From a bacterium (lineage in GTDB: Bacteria > Elusimicrobiota > Elusimicrobia > Elusimicrobiales > UBA9959): a DNA stretch of 64,000 nt. Shown here piece by piece: positions 18,548-27,763 of the stretch. Made by a program: the position numbers and the translations under genes. The stretch's first letter is position 1; each line of letters begins with the position of its first letter. Below the pieces are notes generated by a model. That model was not told the origin of the DNA. It saw nothing but the letters and a program-made list of their open reading frames with translations, and searched no databases. The stretch is from positions 1,750 to 65,749 of the forward strand of contig JAJYJH010000009.1 in assembly GCA_021789695.1 (NCBI GenBank), read 5' to 3'.

Positions 18548-19567
18548 ATGAGAAAATACATGCTACTGGCCGCGCTGCTGGCGGCCGGGCCGATGGGAGC
18601 AGCGGCGCAGGGCGGCTACAAGCTGGTCAAGACCGTCCCGCTGCCTGGAAATGGTTTTTGGGATTACCTGACGGCCGACAGCGCGGCGCGGCGTCTTTAC
18701 GTGACGCACGACACCAAGGTACTCGCTGTGGAAATGGACAGCTTCACCGTGACCGGGACCATAAACGGGCTCTCCGGCGTGCACGGCGTGGCTCTGGCTC
18801 CCGAGTTCGGCCGAGGCTTTATCAGCGACGGCCGCTCCGACAGCGTTACGGTCTTCGATACGGCCACGCTGGCTAAGACAGCAGAGGTGAAAGTCGGCAA
18901 AGGCCCGGATGCCATCCTCTACGACCCGGCCTCGCGGCGTGTCTTCGCGTTCAACGGACACGGCGACAGCGCCACGGCGATAGCCGCCTCCAGCCTCGCG
19001 GCAGTGGCGGAGATTCCGCTGCCAGGAAGTCCGGAGGCCGGTGCCGCCGACGGCAAGGGGCGCGTCTACGTGAACATAGAGGACAAGAGCGAGGTGGCGG
19101 TCATAGACTCGCTGGCCATGGACGTTACGGCGCAGTGGGAGCTCGCTCCATGCGAGGGGCCTTCCGGCATGGCCATCGACCAGGCGAAAGGCCGGCTCTT
19201 CATTGGCTGCCATAACCGCATGATGGCCATAGTGGACACCGCCTCCGGCGTGGTCCTCTCCACCGTCCCGATAGGCTCCGGCGTGGACGCGAACGCGTTC
19301 GACCCGGGAACGGGGCTGGCCTTCAGCTCCAACGGCGGGGACGGCACCCTGACGGTGGTGGGAGAGACTTCGCCCGGAAAATTTTCCATCCTGCAGGACG
19401 CCGCCACCCATAAAGGCGCCAGGACGATGGCGCTGGACCTGAAGACGCACAGGGTCTTTCTTATTACCGCGGACTACGGGCCGGCGCCGGACCGGACGAA
19501 AAAACACCCTCGCCCTTGGCCGCGCGTGCTGCCCGGCACGGTGCGGATCCTCGTGCTGGGAAGATAG
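18548..19567 (+). CDS. Secreted YncE-like beta-propeller protein
   Basis: Signal peptide; WDYLTAD...RRLYV and repeated GPDAILYDP / GVDANAFDP blades. Confidence 0.8.
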   Translation: MRKYMLLAALLAAGPMGAAAQGGYKLVKTVPLPGNGFWDYLTADSAARRLYVTHDTKVLAVEMDSFTVTGTINGLSGVHGVALAPEFGRGFISDGRSDSVTVFDTATLAKTAEVKVGKGPDAILYDPASRRVFAFNGHGDSATAIAASSLAAVAEIPLPGSPEAGAADGKGRVYVNIEDKSEVAVIDSLAMDVTAQWELAPCEGPSGMAIDQAKGRLFIGCHNRMMAIVDTASGVVLSTVPIGSGVDANAFDPGTGLAFSSNGGDGTLTVVGETSPGKFSILQDAATHKGARTMALDLKTHRVFLITADYGPAPDRTKKHPRPWPRVLPGTVRILVLGR

Positions 19568-19592
19568 TCTCCCTCCGCGGCCGCGAAGACCT

Positions 19593-19626
19593 CCGGGCGG
19601 TCAACTGGGGCCGCCCGGCCATTTTT
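19593..19626 (+). terminator. Probable terminator closing the envelope/efflux block
   Basis: CCGGGCGGTC / GGCCGCCCGG stem followed by ATTTTT. Confidence 0.6.
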
Positions 19627-19634
19627 GATAGAAT
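19626..19634 (+). promoter_or_regulatory. Extended -10 promoter, leaderless geometry
   Basis: TG-A-TAGAAT ends 6 nt before ATG 19641; no Shine-Dalgarno. Confidence 0.6.
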
Positions 19635-19640
19635 TGTCCT

Positions 19641-20615
19641 ATGGCCGCCATCGTCACCGACAACCTGGTAAAGCGCTACGACGAGGTCACGGCCGTGGCC
19701 GGGGTTTCCCTAGAGATAGCGGAGGGGGAGGTCTTCGGCCTGCTCGGGCCCAACGGCGCAGGCAAGACCACCACGATAAGCATGCTCTCCACGCTGGTGC
19801 GCCCCACCTCCGGTACCGCGCTGGTGGCCGGCCTCGACATTATCCGCGCGCCGCTCGAGGTGCGCCGCAACATAGGCATAGTCTTCCAGGAACCCAGCGT
19901 GGATGACCTCCTGAGCGCGCGGGAGAACCTCTACCTGCACTCCATGCTGTACGGTATGCCGCGCCGCGAGATACCGGGGCGCATAGAGGAGATGCTGCGG
20001 CTCGTCAACCTCTCTGAGCGCGGAGACAGTCTGGTCAGGACCTATTCCGGCGGCATGAGGCGGCGCCTCGAGATAGCTCGCGGCCTGATTCACGGTCCTA
20101 AGATCCTCTTTCTGGACGAGCCGACCCTGGGGCTGGACCCTGCAAGCCGCAAGGCCGTCTGGGAGCACATCCGCGCCCTGAAGAACCGGCACAACACGAC
20201 CATCATCCTTACAACGCACTACATGGAGGAAGCCGACAGCCTGGCCGACCGCATCGGGATAATAGACAAGGGCCGTGTCATAGAACTGGGAACTCCGGCC
20301 GAACTCAAGAAGAGGGTGGGGCACGACCTGGTCTTCCTGCGCGGCGCAATCGACGAGGCCGCGGTCAAGGCGCTCCCCTTCGTCAACACCGCCGAACGGG
20401 ATGGGGACCGCTGGAAGATCGGGATAGCCGATTCCGGCGTCAACCTGCAGGCGCTGCTGAACGCAGCCGGACGTATACAGGAGGTCGAGGTAAGGCGCGT
20501 TACGCTGGACGACGTGTTCCTTAAGTTCGCAGGCCAGCAGATCTCCGACGACGAGGACGAAAAGGCAGATGGCTTCTTCGAGCGGGTGGCCGCGCAGAAG
20601 GCGGTGCGCAGATGA
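19641..20615 (+). CDS. ABC exporter ATP-binding subunit (DrrA/NodI-like)
   Basis: GPNGAGKT, YSGGMRRRLE, LFLDEPT, TTHYMEEA. Confidence 0.95.
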   Translation: MAAIVTDNLVKRYDEVTAVAGVSLEIAEGEVFGLLGPNGAGKTTTISMLSTLVRPTSGTALVAGLDIIRAPLEVRRNIGIVFQEPSVDDLLSARENLYLHSMLYGMPRREIPGRIEEMLRLVNLSERGDSLVRTYSGGMRRRLEIARGLIHGPKILFLDEPTLGLDPASRKAVWEHIRALKNRHNTTIILTTHYMEEADSLADRIGIIDKGRVIELGTPAELKKRVGHDLVFLRGAIDEAAVKALPFVNTAERDGDRWKIGIADSGVNLQALLNAAGRIQEVEVRRVTLDDVFLKFAGQQISDDEDEKADGFFERVAAQKAVRR

Positions 20616-21367
20616 GCCTCAACGCCGTCTGGGCGCTGCTGCTGCGCGAGGCCAAGATTTTTCTTCGCGAGAGGGAGCGCATAGTCTCAATCTTGATCTC
20701 GCCGCTGCTGTTCCTGTTCGTGATGGGAAAGGGGATGGCCGCCGGCCGCAGCCCGGTGGAGGGTTTTACCTACCAGCAGTTCATCTTCCCGGGCATCCTG
20801 GCGATGGTAATACTGTTCACGTCGATAACCTACGGTCTCTACATCATCTGGGACAAGCGGCTTGATTTCCTGAAGGAGGTCCTCGCCGCGCCGATCTCGC
20901 GCGCCACCCTGTTCGTCGGAAAGGCCCTGGGCGGGATGCTCGGCGCGCTGATAGAGACGCTGTTGCTGCTTGTGATAGGCGCCTTCTTTATCCTGCCGCA
21001 AAGCCCGCTGCAGGTGCTGCTGTGCCTGCTGGCGGCTGTCCCGGTGTCATACTTGATCACCAACATGGGCCTGACGATAGGGGCCAAGATGAAGTCCATG
21101 GAGGGCTTCGGCCTAGTGATGAGTTTTCTAACCTGGCCGCTGTTCTTCTTCAGCGGCGCTCTGTTCGACCTGAACGGGGCAGCGCCGTACATCAAGGCCG
21201 TAAGCCTGATAGACCCGGTAACCTACGCCGTGGACCTGATGCGGATCATCATGCTGGGCGCGGGACACTTCACGGTCTGGGCCGACCTCGGCGCGATCGC
21301 GCTGTTCTGCCTGGCCACCACGGCGCTCGGAGTGGCCGCCTTCGGCAAACTGCAGCAGGAAAAATAA
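20612..21367 (+). CDS. ABC-2 type permease
   Basis: Six TMs; FIFPGILAM, FLKEVLAAP, FFSGALF, PVTYAVD. Confidence 0.92.
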   Translation: MSLNAVWALLLREAKIFLRERERIVSILISPLLFLFVMGKGMAAGRSPVEGFTYQQFIFPGILAMVILFTSITYGLYIIWDKRLDFLKEVLAAPISRATLFVGKALGGMLGALIETLLLLVIGAFFILPQSPLQVLLCLLAAVPVSYLITNMGLTIGAKMKSMEGFGLVMSFLTWPLFFFSGALFDLNGAAPYIKAVSLIDPVTYAVDLMRIIMLGAGHFTVWADLGAIALFCLATTALGVAAFGKLQQEK

Positions 21368-21374
21368 CTGACTT

Positions 21375-22847
21375 TTAGCGGATTTTAGCTGCTCCCCAAT
21401 CCGCGGCGCGCCGCAGCAGGGAGAGGACGCCCGCCCTTTCTCCGGAGTCGAACAGCGTCCAGGCGAGGGCGGGGAAGACGGCAAGGACCACTAACAGGCG
21501 GGCGGCCAGCCAGGCGCGCGGGCTAAGACTTCCGGAGACCATTACCCCGCAGGTTAGCAGCATACCGGCGCCCATCGCGCTCAGCACGCGGCCCCATTCG
21601 TAGGGCACTCTGTAGAAGCCGCGGCCAGCCAGGTGCATGAATACTGCCATGCAGAAATAGGCGGCGAAGGTGGCCCAGGCGGCACCCAGCATGCCGTAGC
21701 GCGGGATCAGCAGGAAGTTGGCGGCCACGTTGACGGCCGCTCCGGTCAGCGTGGCGCCCATGATATAGTTGGTGCGCTTTGCTATTATCACCGGCGCCAG
21801 GAAGTTTATGTAAAACCCGTTGAAGACGTAGGCCCAGAGCACCACCGGCACCAGTCCCAGACCGCCCCAGTAGGCCGGGTGGATCAGCGGCTTACCGAAG
21901 ACCGGGAATTTCACCAGGTCCACGATAAAATAGGAAATCCCTAGCGTTATCCACGACGCGCCTATCGCGAAGAAGGTCAGGACGCGCGCGAACAACCCGG
22001 GGGAATCGGGACTGGAGGAGCGCTCTATAAAAAAAGGCCTCCACGCCTGGTCGAACATGCTGACTATCAGCATCATGAAGATGCCGAGGCGGTAGTTGGC
22101 CTGGTAAATACCAACGGTGGCGTCGTCGGTCAGGTGCAGCAGTATCGGGCGGTCTATAACCTGCACCGCCATCGAGCCTAGGCCGGCCGGGACCAGCGGC
22201 AACGCGAAGGCCAGCATGCGGCGGTAAAGGCCGGTGGAGAAGCGCGGCTTCAGGCGCGGAAGCGCCGGCAGCAGCACCAGCAGCGCGGCCAAGGCCGAGG
22301 AGCCGATATTGGCCTCGAAGATGCCGGAGACGCCGCGGCCCATCCTGACGATGAAAATAACGTTGAGAGTGATGTTGGCGACCACGGTCAGAACGCGCAG
22401 CAGCGCGTACCGCACGGACTTATGGGCCATGCGCAGGTCGGTGAAGAGCGGGGCGCTCGACGCGTCCAGCAGCATGATAACGGCGGAGTAAAGCACCAGT
22501 TTGCCGTTACCGGCGCCTATGCCGCCCACCGCGGCCAGAGGGCCGGATGCGGAGGCTATCAGAACGGCGAGCAGCGCGGAAACCCCCACCACGCCGTAAA
22601 ATGCCGCCGGCAGCACTCCGGCGTCGCGCTCCTTGTAGTAACGCATATAGGCCTGGTCCATGCCGTGCTGGAACAGTATGTTGAAGAAGGCGATGTAGGA
22701 GAACATCGCTGCGGCCACGCCATAGTCCGCAGGCGCGAGGTAGTGCGTGTAGAAAGGCAGCAGCAGGAAATTGAGCAGGCGGGCGGCGACCGTGGAGAGG
22801 CCGTAGATCAGGGATTCTTTACCCAGCGTCTTCAGGTCTTTCAGCAT
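21375..22847 (-). CDS. Wzx/MOP-family oligosaccharide flippase
   Basis: 490 aa polytopic; LLPFYTHYLAPADYG, NFLLIPRYGMLGAAWAT. Confidence 0.85.
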   Translation of the reverse strand: MLKDLKTLGKESLIYGLSTVAARLLNFLLLPFYTHYLAPADYGVAAAMFSYIAFFNILFQHGMDQAYMRYYKERDAGVLPAAFYGVVGVSALLAVLIASASGPLAAVGGIGAGNGKLVLYSAVIMLLDASSAPLFTDLRMAHKSVRYALLRVLTVVANITLNVIFIVRMGRGVSGIFEANIGSSALAALLVLLPALPRLKPRFSTGLYRRMLAFALPLVPAGLGSMAVQVIDRPILLHLTDDATVGIYQANYRLGIFMMLIVSMFDQAWRPFFIERSSSPDSPGLFARVLTFFAIGASWITLGISYFIVDLVKFPVFGKPLIHPAYWGGLGLVPVVLWAYVFNGFYINFLAPVIIAKRTNYIMGATLTGAAVNVAANFLLIPRYGMLGAAWATFAAYFCMAVFMHLAGRGFYRVPYEWGRVLSAMGAGMLLTCGVMVSGSLSPRAWLAARLLVVLAVFPALAWTLFDSGERAGVLSLLRRAADWGAAKIR

Positions 22848-22962
22848 GTCGAAGCTGCCCTTTCCGGCGCGACCGAAGCCCGGACGTATAGTTTAGCAAA
22901 TGACGGCCACGTCGGAAATATTATATAATTGTTCCGATGCCATCGATGAGGGCGGGGGGAAA

Positions 22963-23682
22963 ATGAACCGATTCACTAAAGAACAGGCCCCGGAATGCGC
23001 CTCGTGCCGTTTCAAGGCCGTCTGCTTCTACGACAAGCTGGGACAGGAAGCTCAGAAGGCCTGGAACAGGATGAAGGCCAGCCGCAAGTTCTCCGATGAT
23101 GAGACCATCTACAACGAAGCCCAGCATCCGCAGGGCGTCTATATAGTTTGCAAGGGCCGCGCGAAGGTTTTCTGCACCGACTCCCGCGGCCAGCAGATGA
23201 TAACCTGGATCCGCCATCCAGGGGAAACCTTCGGGCACATAGCTCTCTTCGCAGAAAGCGACTACTTCAGCAACACCCGCGCCATGGGCGACACGATACT
23301 CTCCTTCATGGACAGCAAGACGCTCGAACAGTTCCTGGACGAGCACCCAAAGACCTACCGGCTCTTCCTGCAGAAGGTCGCCAGCGAACTCCACGGCATG
23401 CAGATGAAGCTCAAGGATACGGCCTATAAACCCGCGCGCGCCAAGGTCGCCAAGACGCTGATAAACTCTATTTCTTACAAGACCCGCAACACCGACAAGC
23501 CGGCCATATACGGGCTGAAACGCACCGAGATCGCCGAGATCACAGGCCTGGCGCTGGAGACCGTGGTACGCACTCTGGCCGACCTGGAAAAGCGCGGCGT
23601 CATCAAGCGCGAGACCAAGTCCATAAAGATACTCGATTACCAGACACTGTCACGCGTCGCCGACCCCCACGCCAAGAAATAG
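22963..23682 (+). CDS. Crp/Fnr-family regulator with N-terminal C-x2-C-x5-C
   Basis: CASCRFKAVC; cNMP-binding fold (PGETFG); HTH TEIAEITGLALETVVR; TATAAT at 22924-22929. Confidence 0.9.
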   Translation: MNRFTKEQAPECASCRFKAVCFYDKLGQEAQKAWNRMKASRKFSDDETIYNEAQHPQGVYIVCKGRAKVFCTDSRGQQMITWIRHPGETFGHIALFAESDYFSNTRAMGDTILSFMDSKTLEQFLDEHPKTYRLFLQKVASELHGMQMKLKDTAYKPARAKVAKTLINSISYKTRNTDKPAIYGLKRTEIAEITGLALETVVRTLADLEKRGVIKRETKSIKILDYQTLSRVADPHAKK

Positions 23683-23692
23683 CACAAGGAAG

Positions 23693-23742
23693 AAAAAAGG
23701 GACAGGCTACTTTTTCTTAAAAAAGTAGCCTGTCCCTTTTTT
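23693..23742. terminator. Perfect 23-bp inverted repeat; bidirectional terminator between convergent genes
   Basis: AAAAAAGGGACAGGCTACTTTTT-CTTA-AAAAAGTAGCCTGTCCCTTTTTT. Confidence 0.85.
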
Positions 23743-23752
23743 TCTCTTTTTT

Positions 23753-24379
23753 CTACTCTGTGCCGAACATGCGGTCGCCGGCGTCACCGAGGCCGGGGAC
23801 GATATAACCGTCGGAGTTGAGGCGTTCGTCCACGGCGCCGGCGTAGATAGGCATCTCCGGGTGTGCGGAAGCCAGGCGCCTGAGACCTTCCTTCGCGGCC
23901 AGCATGCAGATGAAGCAGATGTTCCTGGCGCCGCGGCTCTTCATGATCTCTACAGCCTCCACCGCCGAGCCTCCGGTAGCGAGCATCGGGTCCACAATTA
24001 TCACCAGGCTGTCCGCGATGTCCTCCGGCAGACGCGCGTAGTACTTAACCGGCTTAAGCGTCTCTTCGTCGCGGTAGATTCCTATATGGGCCAACTTGGC
24101 CTCGGGGCAGAGCTTGACCAGCCCGTCGAGCATGCCGAGCCCGGCCCGCAGTATCGCCACGAAAACCAAGTCGTGGGACAGCTTCTGCGCGTGCGCCACT
24201 CCGATGGGCGTGCAGACCTTGGCGCGTTTGAGGCGCGCGTTCAAAAGGGCGTCGTGGGCCAGCAGCATCGTCAGCTCTCCGATAAGGCGGCGAAAATCAG
24301 CGGTGGCCGTGCGCCTGTCCCTCAGGCGGGCGATTTTGTCCTGCACCAGCGGATGCTTGGAAATGTAAACGTTCTTCAT
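23753..24379 (-). CDS. upp: Uracil phosphoribosyltransferase
   Basis: ILRAGLGM, IVDPMLATGGS, GYIVPGLGDAGDR. Confidence 0.97.
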   Translation of the reverse strand: MKNVYISKHPLVQDKIARLRDRRTATADFRRLIGELTMLLAHDALLNARLKRAKVCTPIGVAHAQKLSHDLVFVAILRAGLGMLDGLVKLCPEAKLAHIGIYRDEETLKPVKYYARLPEDIADSLVIIVDPMLATGGSAVEAVEIMKSRGARNICFICMLAAKEGLRRLASAHPEMPIYAGAVDERLNSDGYIVPGLGDAGDRMFGTE

Positions 24380-24392
24380 CCAGGTTCTCCCG

Positions 24393-25703
24393 CTATTTTA
24401 TTATCTCGCGGACCAGCGGTTCCTTGCGCGGCGCGCGCGCGCCGTAGGCCAGCGCCCCTTCGAACAGTTTCACACCCTCGGCCAGTTTCCAAGAGGAAGA
24501 GGCGTAAGCCCGGGCTATCACGTCGCCCGGCTTCACGCGATCGCCGGGCTTCTTCTCGAGCACGAACCCGGCCCCGAAATCCACGGGGTCTTCGGCCTTC
24601 GCGCGGCCAGCGCCCAGCGCCACGCTGGCGAACCCTACGGCGCGCGCCTCCATGGCTGCCAGAAAGCCGCCCTTCCGGGCCTTTATCTCAGCAGACAGGC
24701 GAGATTTGGGCATATGACGGTCCGGGTCGTCGGCCACGCGGGGGTCGCCGCCCTGCCACTTGACCATTTGCCGGAACTTCTCCAGCGCGCTGCCGTCGGC
24801 TATGACCGCGCGGGCCTTCTCCTCTCCTTCCTCCGCGTTCCTGGCCCGGCCGCCTAGGTGTATCATCCACCCGGCCAGCGTCTCCAGCACAAGGGTAAAG
24901 TCGGCGGGCCCCTTATCTCCGGCAAGTATCTTCACGGACTGGGCAGTCTCTATGCCGTTGCCTATCGCGGCGCCAAGCGGCTCGTTCATGGCTGTCATTA
25001 CCGCGACGCAGCGGATGCCGAGCAGTTTGGCGGTCCCCATCAGGGCCACAGCCAGTTCGCGACTGCTCTTGAAATCCTTGAGGAAGGCGCCGGAGCCGTA
25101 CTTTACGTCCATTACCAGGCCGGTAATGTCCTCGGCGTATTTCTTGGAAAGGATGCTGGAAACTATCAGCGGCAGCGACTCCACCGTGCAGGAGGCGTCG
25201 CGCAGCGCATAAAGTTTCTTGTCGCTGGGTGCCAGGCGTTCGGTCTGGCCGAACATGGAAAGCCCGGTGGTCTTGAGTTGCTTCACCACGTACTCCGGAG
25301 CCAGGCGGACATTGAAACCCTTCATGGCCTCCAGCTTGTCCAGCGTACCACCGGTGTGGCCCAGGCCGCGTCCGCTCATCATCGGCACCACGACGCCGCA
25401 GGCTGCCGCCACCGGCGCCAGCGCTATGGAGACGCCGTCGCCGACGCCGCCGGTGGAATGTTTGTCCACCTTTTTGCCATTTATCGACGAGAGGTCGAGC
25501 TTCTTGCCTGAAAGGGCCATCGCGCGCGTCAGTCCCGCAGTTTCTTTGGGGGAAAGACCGTTCAGGAACGCGGCCATCAGCCAGGAGGATAGCTGGTAGT
25601 CGGGGATGGAGCCGTCGGCAGCCCCCAGCGCTATGAACTTAAGTTCCTCGGGAGTCATCTCCAGCCCGGAGCGTTTCTTCAGCAGCAGGTCCAGCATTCT
25701 CAT
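24393..25703 (-). CDS. pdp: Pyrimidine-nucleoside / thymidine phosphorylase
   Basis: DKHSTGGVGD, MMSGRGLGHTGGTLDKLE, LYALRD, SILSKK. Confidence 0.95.
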   Translation of the reverse strand: MRMLDLLLKKRSGLEMTPEELKFIALGAADGSIPDYQLSSWLMAAFLNGLSPKETAGLTRAMALSGKKLDLSSINGKKVDKHSTGGVGDGVSIALAPVAAACGVVVPMMSGRGLGHTGGTLDKLEAMKGFNVRLAPEYVVKQLKTTGLSMFGQTERLAPSDKKLYALRDASCTVESLPLIVSSILSKKYAEDITGLVMDVKYGSGAFLKDFKSSRELAVALMGTAKLLGIRCVAVMTAMNEPLGAAIGNGIETAQSVKILAGDKGPADFTLVLETLAGWMIHLGGRARNAEEGEEKARAVIADGSALEKFRQMVKWQGGDPRVADDPDRHMPKSRLSAEIKARKGGFLAAMEARAVGFASVALGAGRAKAEDPVDFGAGFVLEKKPGDRVKPGDVIARAYASSSWKLAEGVKLFEGALAYGARAPRKEPLVREIIK

Positions 25704-25723
25704 GATAACGGCCCCCTTAATCC

Positions 25724-26566
25724 TTAATCCTTCAGCGCCTTGGACTTCAACAATCCTTCCAGCAGCGGACGCATTTTTTCCGAGACCTTCTCTCCCAGCT
25801 CCAGCACTTCCTCGTGGGACAGCACTTCCCGGGAAATGCCGCTTGCGAAATTGGAGATCCAGCAGATGCCGGCCACGCGCAGCTTCATCTGGCGGGCCGC
25901 TATGGTCTCCGGCACCACCGACATACCGGCGACGTCGCCGCCGAACATCCGGTACACCTTCACCTCGGCAGGGGTCTCGTACGACGGCCCCGTAACGGCG
26001 GTATAGACGCCCTCCACGGCCCTTATGCGGGCCTTTTTAGCAAGCCTCACGGCCTCCCTGCGCAGGGCCTTGTCGTAAGGCTCGGTCATGTCGGGGAACA
26101 TCTCGCCGAAAGCCTCGTGGTGGTTGCCTATCAGCGGGTTACCGCCCATCAGGTTGATATGGTCTTTAAGCACAACCAGCTGGCCCGGCTTGATGCCGGG
26201 CTTCAGCGACCCCACGGCGGCGGTGAGAACCAGGTTCTTCACGCCGAGCGCCCGCAGCACGCGTATCGGGAACGCGATGAAGCTCATCGGCCTGCCCTCG
26301 TAGTAGTGGAAGCGGCCGCGCATAATCACGGCGTCGCGCCCGCCGAGTCGCCCGAACACCAGTTCTCCGGCGTGGCCCTTGACCGTGGTGGAGGGGAAGC
26401 CGGGGATGTCCTTGTAGGAGACAGAGAGCCTGTCCTCCAGCCTAGGCAGAGCGCCGCCCAGGCCCGAACCGGCGATGATGGCCGTTGTCGGACTGAACCC
26501 GGCCGCTATCTTCTTGAGCCAGCCTGCCGTATGCTCCACGCTGCGCAGTATCTCCGAAGGTTCCAT
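25724..26566 (-). CDS. punA: Purine-nucleoside phosphorylase (trimeric type)
   Basis: GSGLG, GRFHYYEG, GPSYETPAE, GMSVVPE, SNFASG, HEEV. Confidence 0.93.
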   Translation of the reverse strand: MEPSEILRSVEHTAGWLKKIAAGFSPTTAIIAGSGLGGALPRLEDRLSVSYKDIPGFPSTTVKGHAGELVFGRLGGRDAVIMRGRFHYYEGRPMSFIAFPIRVLRALGVKNLVLTAAVGSLKPGIKPGQLVVLKDHINLMGGNPLIGNHHEAFGEMFPDMTEPYDKALRREAVRLAKKARIRAVEGVYTAVTGPSYETPAEVKVYRMFGGDVAGMSVVPETIAARQMKLRVAGICWISNFASGISREVLSHEEVLELGEKVSEKMRPLLEGLLKSKALKD

Positions 26567-26623
26567 GTTCTCGCTCCTTCCGCAGAGCGGCCCGTTGTCT
26601 GGCGGCCGCGCCGGCGCCGTTTT

Positions 26624-26980
26624 TCAGAAACCAAAACCGTCCGCGCCGAAAGCGTCCTCGATGTGCTCGGGCTCGGCGCCCGGCATCAGCCCGATGAAAT
26701 CGAACCTGTACGATCCGGCCCGGGGCGCGCGGGCCTTAATGTAGGCCATCGCCGCTTTTATTATTTTAACACGTTTCTGGCGGCTCACGGTCTCAGCAGG
26801 AAGGCCATAGGCCGCGCTGGAACGGGCCCGCACCTCAACGAAGACCACCGCGCCATCCTTCCTGGCCACTATATCCAGTTCTCCCATCGGGCAGGACCAG
26901 TTGCGGTCCAGTATCTCGTAGCCGGCCGTCCTCAGGAAGAGCGCGGCCTGCTCCTCGTAAGCGGCCCCCTTAGTGTTCAC
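26624..26980 (-). CDS. yraN: YraN-family protein
   Basis: RNWSCPMGELDIVA, FVEVRAR, RFDFI. Confidence 0.9.
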   Translation of the reverse strand: MNTKGAAYEEQAALFLRTAGYEILDRNWSCPMGELDIVARKDGAVVFVEVRARSSAAYGLPAETVSRQKRVKIIKAAMAYIKARAPRAGSYRFDFIGLMPGAEPEHIEDAFGADGFGF

Positions 26981-27621
26981 CGCGCGGCCGCCTTGCGCAC
27001 AGGGGCAAAGCTCAGGCGGTGCTGAGGCGATGGTCCAAGGCGCCGAAGCGCCTGCAGGTGGGCGGCGGTGCCGTAGCCTTTGTGGCCGGCCAGGCCGTAG
27101 CCTGGATAGCGTACGTCAAGCACGCCCATCCAGCGGTCACGTATCACTTTAGCGTAGATGCTCGCGGCGGCTATGGAGAGCGACCTGGCGTCCCCGCCCA
27201 CCACGGGCTGCTGAGCGCGGACGTCCAACCGCTTTATACGATGCGGGCCGTCCACCAGAACCAGCACGCCTTCGGGACCGGCTCCTGTATAGCAGAGCAG
27301 CCGCCTGACGGCGCGCCCCATAGCGTTGAAAGTGGCCTCCAGTATGTTCTCACTATCTATCTCCGCGGAACGCGCGAAGCCGAAACCGAACCGCACTCCG
27401 GAGGCGCGCATAATGCGCAGCGCCTCCTCACGCCTGCGAGGCGAGAGCTTCTTGCTGTCATCTACCACCGGGGAGACGAGGGAGTGGGAGGAAGGGGGAA
27501 CCCAGGCTGCGCAGGCTGTTACCGGGCCAGCCAACGGACCGCGGCCGGCTTCGTCCACACCTATCAGGAAAGCCGGTTTTTCCGTTTGCAGAAGAGCGAG
27601 ATCGAACTTGGATAAGGGCAC
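26977..27621 (-). CDS. rnhB: Ribonuclease HII
   Basis: GVDEAGRGPLAGP, DSKKLS, SIAAASIYAKVIRD; likely GTG start at 27621. Confidence 0.95.
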   Translation of the reverse strand: MPLSKFDLALLQTEKPAFLIGVDEAGRGPLAGPVTACAAWVPPSSHSLVSPVVDDSKKLSPRRREEALRIMRASGVRFGFGFARSAEIDSENILEATFNAMGRAVRRLLCYTGAGPEGVLVLVDGPHRIKRLDVRAQQPVVGGDARSLSIAAASIYAKVIRDRWMGVLDVRYPGYGLAGHKGYGTAAHLQALRRLGPSPQHRLSFAPVRKAAAR

Positions 27622-27763
27622 GATTATGCCTGTCCGCCTACCTGCTCCATGCGCACGCCGCAAGGAACTACGCTTGTCAAGCGGCCCGCGCAATGCGCCG
27701 TATGGGGTTATGCCCGGCAGACGGCCTTCCCCCGCGCGGCGGAACGCGCGGGGGGATATCCCG

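Noticed and set aside
27675-27680. Perfect TTGACA on the minus strand upstream of rnhB
   Set aside because: No -10 hexamer at 16-18 nt spacing.
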